The position numbers and the translations under genes were made by a program. The notes beneath the pieces were generated by a model that saw nothing but the letters and a program-made list of their open reading frames with translations, had not been told where the DNA came from and searched no databases. DNA of 61,163 nt from Verrucomicrobiales bacterium (GTDB taxonomy: Bacteria > Verrucomicrobiota > Verrucomicrobiia > Limisphaerales > JACDHS01), in assembly GCA_028293445.1 (NCBI GenBank), contig JAQGOU010000251.1, forward strand, positions 1 through 61,163, read 5' to 3'. Positions 29,471 to 35,434 of the stretch are shown one piece after another. Position 1 is the first letter of the stretch; every line of letters starts with the position of its first letter.

Positions 29471-29749
29471 ATGAGAAACGAAGCCGCAGATATTGTGCAA
29501 GACAACGTCGAAGACATTAAAGAAGCCACTCAAGAATGGAAAGAGAAGGCGCGCGTCGCCGGAACCGCGGCATGGGACGCCACCAAAGCAACTTATCAAC
29601 AGTTGCAGGACAAAACGGTTGCCGGAGCCAAAGCCACTGATCAAGCCATTCGTGCCAATCCTTACATTGCGCTCGGCTGTGCCTTGGGTGCCGGACTTGC
29701 CCTCGGATTATTCCTCGCTCGCGGCGGCAAAGAAGGAGAAGAGGATTAA
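29471..29749 (+). CDS. DUF883 (ElaB/YqjD-type) tail-anchored stress protein
   Basis: ATG at 29471 preceded by AAGGAG (29461-29466). The C-terminus ...AIRANPYIALGCALGAGLALGLFLAR matches the DUF883 tail (E.P...xG.A...G...G.L..R). Confidence 0.8.
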   Translation: MRNEAADIVQDNVEDIKEATQEWKEKARVAGTAAWDATKATYQQLQDKTVAGAKATDQAIRANPYIALGCALGAGLALGLFLARGGKEGEED

Positions 29750-29813
29750 TCGCCCGTCGAGTGGAAAAGACCTTACGTAGACTTATATTAAATTAAACAA
29801 AGAAAGGATTCTT

Positions 29814-30092
29814 ATGGAAACACGTACAAAAGATCTGACCGGACAAGCAAAGACCCTCGCCCAGGACGCAAAAGAATCTCTGCAGGAGAAGGCGCAGGAA
29901 GTTTCAGCGAAAGCGCGCACCATGGGAACAGCAGCGATGGAGTCCGCGCGAGGCGCTTACCAGGCCAGCAAAGAAAAGGTGATTTCCGGCGCGGAAGCCA
30001 CCGACGAAGCAATTCGCGAGAACCCGTACACCGCTATCGGCATCGCCTTTGGTGTTGGGCTCTTAATCGGGATCGTTGCGCGTCGCAAATAA
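29814..30092 (+). CDS. DUF883 (ElaB/YqjD-type) tail-anchored protein, paralog
   Basis: ..EATDEAIRENPYTAIGIAFGVGLLIGIVARRK; same length (92 aa) and architecture as the preceding gene. Confidence 0.8.
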   Translation: METRTKDLTGQAKTLAQDAKESLQEKAQEVSAKARTMGTAAMESARGAYQASKEKVISGAEATDEAIRENPYTAIGIAFGVGLLIGIVARRK

Positions 30093-30107
30093 CGGATTCA
30101 ACTGATT

Positions 30108-30137
30108 CGCGCCCTTTCGGGGCGCGATTTTCTTTTT
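30108..30137 (+). terminator. Intrinsic terminator whose T-tract abuts the next ATG
   Basis: CGCGCCC (30108-30114) pairs with GGGCGCG (30120-30126), then ATTTTCTTTTT, immediately followed by the ATG at 30138. Confidence 0.75.
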
Positions 30138-30449
30138 ATGGAAACCGCCGACTTGCGTTCAAAAGAAGAGATCAAGGCCGACATCGAGCAGAATCGACAT
30201 CAGGTCCGCTCGCAATATCGGCGCACCAAAACTGCCGTGGTGGAACAAAACCCGGCTGTCCTCGCCTGGCAGGCAACCAAGCGAAAATTTTCCCGCGCGA
30301 AAGCCAAATCTGTTTTGAGAGCACGAGAAGCCGACATAAGTGTTCGCTCGAACGTTTACCGCACGCTCGCTTTTGCCGCGATCGCCGGAGTGCTCGTGGG
30401 ATTGTTTGCGCCGCGAAAACGAAAGATCGTGGTTTACAAAGAATTGTAG
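30138..30449 (+). CDS. Small tail-anchored membrane protein (third member of the DUF883-like cluster, divergent)
   Basis: A charged helical N-terminal 70 aa, then one C-terminal TM helix, YRTLAFAAIAGVLVGLFA. Confidence 0.6.
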   Translation: METADLRSKEEIKADIEQNRHQVRSQYRRTKTAVVEQNPAVLAWQATKRKFSRAKAKSVLRAREADISVRSNVYRTLAFAAIAGVLVGLFAPRKRKIVVYKEL

Positions 30450-30487
30450 GCTGGCCAATCGCCGCGCCCAGAAGGTAGGTTCAAAAT

Positions 30488-31861
30488 ATGGCCACCTTCC
30501 GCATTGAATCCGACTCCATGGGTGAGATGCAGGTTCCCACGGATGTCCATTACGGCCCGCAAACAGCTCGGGCGGTTGAAAACTTTCCTGTCAGCTCCCT
30601 TCGGTTTCCCCGCAGTTTCATCCGTGCGCTCGGATTAATTAAAAAGCACGCGGCGACAACCAACCAAGAATTAGGCTTTCTTCCTCCTGATCTGGCTGAA
30701 GCAATCGAACGCGCTGCACTGGAAGTGGCTGATGGCCGTTGGGATCGGGACTTCGTAGTGGATATATTTCAGACTGGTTCCGGCACCTCCACGAACATGA
30801 ACGCGAACGAAGTTATCGCGCATCGTGCGAGTGAACTGCTAAAAATAAAAGTTCATCCGAATGACCAGGTGAATCGCGGTCAATCCAGTAACGACGTCAT
30901 TCCCACCGCGATCCATGTTGCGACTCTGGAAAGCATCGACACGCAGTTACTCCCTGCCCTTCGCGAACTTCGTGACGCCCTCTCCGTCAAAGCAAAACAG
31001 TTTCACGATATTTTGAAAACCGGTCGGACGCATCTTCAGGATGCGACACCGATTACGCTCGGCCAGGAATTCAGCGGTTACACCAGTCAACTGGACCATG
31101 CGATAGCGCGAATTGAATCCTGCAAGAAGAATCTCTGCGAACTGGCGCTCGGCGGGACGGCCGTCGGCACGGGAATCAATACGCACCCGGACTTCGCCAG
31201 AAAAACGATTGCCCGGCTGGCGACAGAAATGAATTTGCCGCTGTGCGAGGCTAAGAATCATTTTGAAGCGCAAGGATCTCGCGATGCCTGTGTCGAAGCG
31301 AGCGGCGCGTTGAAGACGGTCGCCGTGAGTTTGATCAAAATCGCCAACGACATTCGTTTCCTCGGCTCTGGTCCGCGCCTCGGCCTCGGTGAATTGAAAT
31401 TGCCCGCCACACAGCCAGGCTCCTCGATCATGCCCGGCAAAGTAAATCCGGTGATGTGCGAGATGCTGATCCAGGTTGGCGCACAAGTGCTGGGCAATGA
31501 TGCGACGATCACGTTCGCTGGAACGTTCGGCAATCTGGAGCTCAATGTAATGATGCCAGTCATCGCCTACAACCTTTTGCAATCGATTGAACTCCTCGCG
31601 AATGGGAGCCGCGTTTTCGCAAGACGATGTATTAGTGGATTGGAGGCTGATCGTGAAAAGTGCGAAAGCAACGTGGAACGAAGTCTGGCGATGTGCACCG
31701 CCCTGGCGCCAGTGATTGGCTACGATAAAGCCGCGAAGATTGCGAAGATCGCTTACGAAACAAATCGTACGGTCCGGGAAGTCGCAAAAGAAATCTCCGG
31801 CCTGCCCGAATCAGAACTCAACACGCTGCTCGATCCAAAAAGTCAGACGGAGCCGAGATGA
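30488..31861 (+). CDS. fumC: Class II fumarate hydratase (aspartase/fumarase superfamily)
   Basis: FQTGSGTSTNMNANEV, HPNDQVNRGQSSNDVIPT and the signature GSSIMPGKVNP. The TGSGT and SSND motifs favour fumarase over aspartase. Confidence 0.8.
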   Translation: MATFRIESDSMGEMQVPTDVHYGPQTARAVENFPVSSLRFPRSFIRALGLIKKHAATTNQELGFLPPDLAEAIERAALEVADGRWDRDFVVDIFQTGSGTSTNMNANEVIAHRASELLKIKVHPNDQVNRGQSSNDVIPTAIHVATLESIDTQLLPALRELRDALSVKAKQFHDILKTGRTHLQDATPITLGQEFSGYTSQLDHAIARIESCKKNLCELALGGTAVGTGINTHPDFARKTIARLATEMNLPLCEAKNHFEAQGSRDACVEASGALKTVAVSLIKIANDIRFLGSGPRLGLGELKLPATQPGSSIMPGKVNPVMCEMLIQVGAQVLGNDATITFAGTFGNLELNVMMPVIAYNLLQSIELLANGSRVFARRCISGLEADREKCESNVERSLAMCTALAPVIGYDKAAKIAKIAYETNRTVREVAKEISGLPESELNTLLDPKSQTEPR

Positions 31862-31884
31862 AACGGCAAATTGAAATTATGAAG

Positions 31885-31960
31885 GTGAGACACGAATTGT
31901 GCAGATTGGCACGAATTTAAATCCGGATTTCGTGTTAATCTGTGTAATTCGTGTCTACAC
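31885..31960 (+). repeat. Long imperfect inverted repeat made of two copies of the dispersed ~30-nt element; probable fumC 3' stem-loop or terminator
   Basis: 31888-31915 pairs with 31929-31956 as 28 contiguous pairs (23 Watson-Crick + 5 G.U, counted by hand), with a 13-nt loop and 3 further pairs after a 1-nt bulge. It is followed by CCGTTTTCAG and starts 24 nt after the fumC stop. Confidence 0.8.
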
Positions 31961-31985
31961 ATTCCGTTTTCAGTCCACTGGCCCC

Positions 31986-33068
31986 TCACTGATTCGTTCC
32001 ATACGTCTGCTGGACCCAACTCCACGCGTTACGATCGCCGTAGAGTTTCATGCGATCCATGAAAATCATTTTGTCGCCGTCGCTCATCTGCGGAAATAAT
32101 TTTCCCATGCCCGTAGAAATCGTCTTCACGCCCTCTTGTTGTTTTTTCAAATCGGCGAGCCCTTCCCCCGCCGTTTTGCCGAGGAACTCATAGTAGGTAT
32201 TGGGATCCAAATTCTGGAGAACGACCCGTTGCATCGCGATTCCAACGAGCTCATTGATCAGGAATAGACTCGAGTTGGGATCGCCCCAACGCTTTCCGAG
32301 GTTAACCCCCAACGCAGCCATCTCGGCGGCTGCGGCTGGGTTCCCTGATGTCAGGTAATTCTTTTGCAACTCTGCCAACTGCGTCGCGATCCCTTTCATC
32401 TTTGCCTCCAGGGGCAAAAGCATATTGTGGGTTGCCTGCGCCTTAGCCTCTTGCGGTGACAAGCCCGCGACGAGATACATTTCCTCCAGGCTTTGCAGGC
32501 GCTCGGCATAAAACGCACTCATTCCAGCCTTCTCATTCGCGCTTTTAATTTCGGCCAGAGCCTCCTGCGTCCGTCCGTTGTTCAAATCATCCATCGCAGC
32601 CAGTGCGTTCGGCAATCCATTGTCGGGCGAAGATTCCTTGAGCCGATCGAGCCATAACTTTCGTGCCTCCGGGGTCAATGCTTTGTCCAACGCATCCTGA
32701 GTCAGAACAGCCAACTGCACCCGAGGATCGTTGGGAAATTTTTCCGCCGCTTCTTTCAGCATTGCCTTATCGTGAGTCTCATCGAAGGCCGACAAGAGAC
32801 TTTCAGCGCTTCGCTTATACTTCAGCAAATACGTTGCAACTTGCTCCCCAGACAACTTCATCACCTCTCCTTCTCCGGTCGTCGAGTTTGTGTCGGGCAT
32901 TGAATGGGTAAATGGCTGTGCAACGGCTGCTGGCTTTAAAACAGTTTTAAGCGCTGCCGTAGAGTTCGTTCCGTCAACGTTCGGCGACAACCTTTGCGAA
33001 GTGGAAAACTTCCACAACAAAAGTGCCAGGCCGAGCATTACCACCAGGATTAAATAGATACGGCGCAT
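31986..33068 (-). CDS. Hypothetical N-terminally anchored helical protein (tandem paralog 2)
   Basis: The ATG at 33068 gives MRRIYLILVVMLGLALLLWKF, parallel to the paralog's N-terminus (the track start at 33152 overlaps the upstream gene). Blocks shared with the neighbour: AEKFPNDPRVQLA, SSPDNGLPN, LGVNLG.RW.DPNSS, NLDPNTYY.FLGKTA, W.W.QQTYGTN. Confidence 0.75.
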   Translation of the reverse strand: MRRIYLILVVMLGLALLLWKFSTSQRLSPNVDGTNSTAALKTVLKPAAVAQPFTHSMPDTNSTTGEGEVMKLSGEQVATYLLKYKRSAESLLSAFDETHDKAMLKEAAEKFPNDPRVQLAVLTQDALDKALTPEARKLWLDRLKESSPDNGLPNALAAMDDLNNGRTQEALAEIKSANEKAGMSAFYAERLQSLEEMYLVAGLSPQEAKAQATHNMLLPLEAKMKGIATQLAELQKNYLTSGNPAAAAEMAALGVNLGKRWGDPNSSLFLINELVGIAMQRVVLQNLDPNTYYEFLGKTAGEGLADLKKQQEGVKTISTGMGKLFPQMSDGDKMIFMDRMKLYGDRNAWSWVQQTYGTNQ

Positions 33069-33081
33069 AGTTTTCCAATAC

Positions 33082-34188
33082 CTACGGCTGCACCGCTCCT
33101 CCATTGGTTCCATACGTCTGCTGCAACCACTTCCACGCACCCCTCTCGCCATACATTTTCAGGCGGTTCATATAAATCATTCGATCTGACTCCGACATCT
33201 GGACATAATATTTTGACAGGTCCGTCGCAAAAACCTTTAATTCTCCTCGTTCAGCTTTCAATTCTGCGATCCGTTCCGCTGCTGTCTTGCCGAGAAAATC
33301 ATAGTAGGTATTTGGATCCAGGTTTTTGAGAGGGATTTGTTGTATGGCGATGCCCACCATTTCGCTGATGACGAACGGACTGGAATTCGGATCGGCCCAG
33401 CGATGGCCGAGATTCACTCCGAGAGCCGCAATTTTATTTGCGGCTACGCCGTCCCCGGCGGCAAGGTAGTCCTTTTGCATTTCGCCAAGTCGTTGAGCGA
33501 GGGCTTTCATGTGGGCCTCAAGACTAACATCCGGAACCTGCAACGCCTTCTCGGCGGCTTCCCGTGGAGATAATCCCGCCGAGAGATACATCTCTTCCCG
33601 GCTTTGCATTTGTTGGACGTAGAACGCGCTCAATCCCGGTTTTGCGTTCGAACTCATGATTTCCGCCACAAAGATATCCTTCTGGCCTTCTTTTAAATTA
33701 TTCAGGGCAGTCAGGAGATTCGGCAATCCGTTGTCAGGAGAGCTCTTCTTAAAACGCTCCAGCCATAAGTTGCGCTCTTCCGAGGTGAGTTCGCTGTCCG
33801 ACTTGTCCTGCATGAGCATCGCCAACTGAACTCGAGGATCGTTCGGAAACTTTTCAGCGGCCTCTTTAAGCAAGGCTTTGTCCTGACACTCGGCAAATGC
33901 CGTCAGAAGACTTTCGGCGTTTCGCTTGTATTTGAGCAAGTAGGCTGCGATCTGGTCAGCGGATAATCCCGTGACAGTGGGCTCTTCGGCCTGATCAGCG
34001 GCGGCGTTCGTCGACGGCGGGGATTGCTCAACCGACCGCCGAGCCACTTTTGGCTTCAACAGGGTTTTGAGCATGGCAGTCGAATTTGTCCCGGTGTGTT
34101 TCGTGCCGGACGGTTCCGTATTGGAAAATTTCCAAAACACAATCGTCAGCACGAGTATGGCTACCAAGATAGGAAAGAGGCGTCGCAT
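33082..34188 (-). CDS. Hypothetical N-terminally anchored helical protein (tandem paralog 1)
   Basis: MRRLFPILVAILVLTIVFWKF anchor. It aligns colinearly with 31986..33068 along its full length, at roughly half identical residues by eye. Confidence 0.75.
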   Translation of the reverse strand: MRRLFPILVAILVLTIVFWKFSNTEPSGTKHTGTNSTAMLKTLLKPKVARRSVEQSPPSTNAAADQAEEPTVTGLSADQIAAYLLKYKRNAESLLTAFAECQDKALLKEAAEKFPNDPRVQLAMLMQDKSDSELTSEERNLWLERFKKSSPDNGLPNLLTALNNLKEGQKDIFVAEIMSSNAKPGLSAFYVQQMQSREEMYLSAGLSPREAAEKALQVPDVSLEAHMKALAQRLGEMQKDYLAAGDGVAANKIAALGVNLGHRWADPNSSPFVISEMVGIAIQQIPLKNLDPNTYYDFLGKTAAERIAELKAERGELKVFATDLSKYYVQMSESDRMIYMNRLKMYGERGAWKWLQQTYGTNGGAVQP

Positions 34189-34258
34189 TTATGTTGTCGT
34201 TTGAATTGGACAGGAGCAAATCTGCTTCGTTCCGGACTTTGTCGCTCGATCCTGTGTT

Positions 34259-34528
34259 TTACGCCGGACTCGGCGTCTCAAACCAGACCCGCACCAGTTG
34301 ATACCAGCGACTGCTCCCCTCGCCACTCGTATAGATGCCGATTTTGGAGGCATCCTCGATTTTGTTGACGTTGGGAAGAACAACCGTCTCCACGTTGATG
34401 ACGCGGACGTTCGCCTGCGCGATCCATTCATTGGCACGGGAAACCGTTGAAGCGATGGTTTCGTGCTCATCGGAAAAAAAGCCGCTTTTAAGGATCGTAG
34501 GGAAGAAATCTTTATAGCCAATGAGCAT
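34259..34528 (-). CDS. Small hypothetical protein (89 aa)
   Basis: ATG at 34528 (the track start at 34630 is TTG). Globular-looking sequence: MLIGYKDFFPTILKSGFFSDEHETIASTVSRANEWIAQANVRVINVETVVLPN..YQLVRVWFE. The overlapping alternative frame is Arg-rich junk. Confidence 0.5.
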   Translation of the reverse strand: MLIGYKDFFPTILKSGFFSDEHETIASTVSRANEWIAQANVRVINVETVVLPNVNKIEDASKIGIYTSGEGSSRWYQLVRVWFETPSPA

Positions 34529-34750
34529 GGGAAGACTCTTTTCAATTTCAGGCGGCAAATCAAGAGCTGAGCAATGGCCACGTCCGTTGCGTCCGAACGG
34601 CTGAGAGCCTTGGGGAACGGGCAACTTCAAAGCTTGTTTGAGTATTTACCAAGGCATCGTGCTGGGAAGAGTTTCAGACCACCGTTACCGATAAAGGAGT
34701 TTTGGATGCCATTTTGAGCCCAATATCACGGCGGCCTCAAAAAGCCGCCT

Positions 34751-35143
34751 GTTTTTAGACTGGAAATCCCGTCAAAAAATTATTCGTCGGGATTTCCAGA
34801 GTGAAAATGGCGACAAAAAATTAAACCGGCACTTTTCCAGAGTGGAAATACCGTCGAAAAATTAAACCGCCTCATTTCCAGAGTGGAATTCCCGTCAAAA
34901 AATTATTTATCGGGATTTCCAGAGTGGAAATGACGGCAAAAAATTAAACGGGCACTTTTCCGGAGTGGAAATCCCGCCGAAAAATTAAATCGCCTCATTT
35001 CCAGAGTGGAATTCTCGTCGAAAAATTATTTATCCGGATTTCCAGAGTGGAAATGGCGACAAAAAATTAAATGGACACCTTTCCGGACTGGAATTTCCGA
35101 CAAAACATTTTTTATTTCCATTTCCGAAGTGAAATCGGGTGCG
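34751..35143. repeat. Tandem array 3: about 10 copies of a 41-bp unit (ATTTCCAGAGTGGAAAT + CG-flanked A-tract AAAAAATTAAA) with a 123-bp (3-unit) higher-order repeat
   Basis: CC anchors of TTTCCAGAG at 34796, 34837, 34878, 34919, 34960, 35001, 35042, 35083 and 35124, all exactly 41 bp apart. Three unit subtypes recur in the order C-A-B-C-A-B-C-A-B-C. Confidence 0.95.
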
Positions 35144-35434
35144 TTGAGGGTAAATGACCCGAAAACTTTCCGAAACTGGCGGGTAGAGCGACCAAAACCA
35201 TTATTTTTCTAGAAAAATTTCCGTTTCCGATGCTCGAACCCCAAACGTGCCTCAAAAACCGAAAAAGGACGAAAATCTGGCTTTCGGGAGCGACCAGGTT
35301 CTCTCTGTCAGGAAATCTGGCTGAAAAAGTACCGTCTTGATGATCAGAGACCATAATCGACTTCCGATTTTCGCCGTTGTCGATGTCAGAAAGAGACCCA
35401 CGACCGATCAGAGTGCCACATTCAACTCACGGGA

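Noticed and set aside
34189-34581. Alternative 130-aa ORF overlapping the small gene upstream of the paralog pair
   Set aside because: Its translation is Arg/Ser/Lys-rich and lacks structure. The competing frame at 34259..34528 gives a globular-looking sequence.
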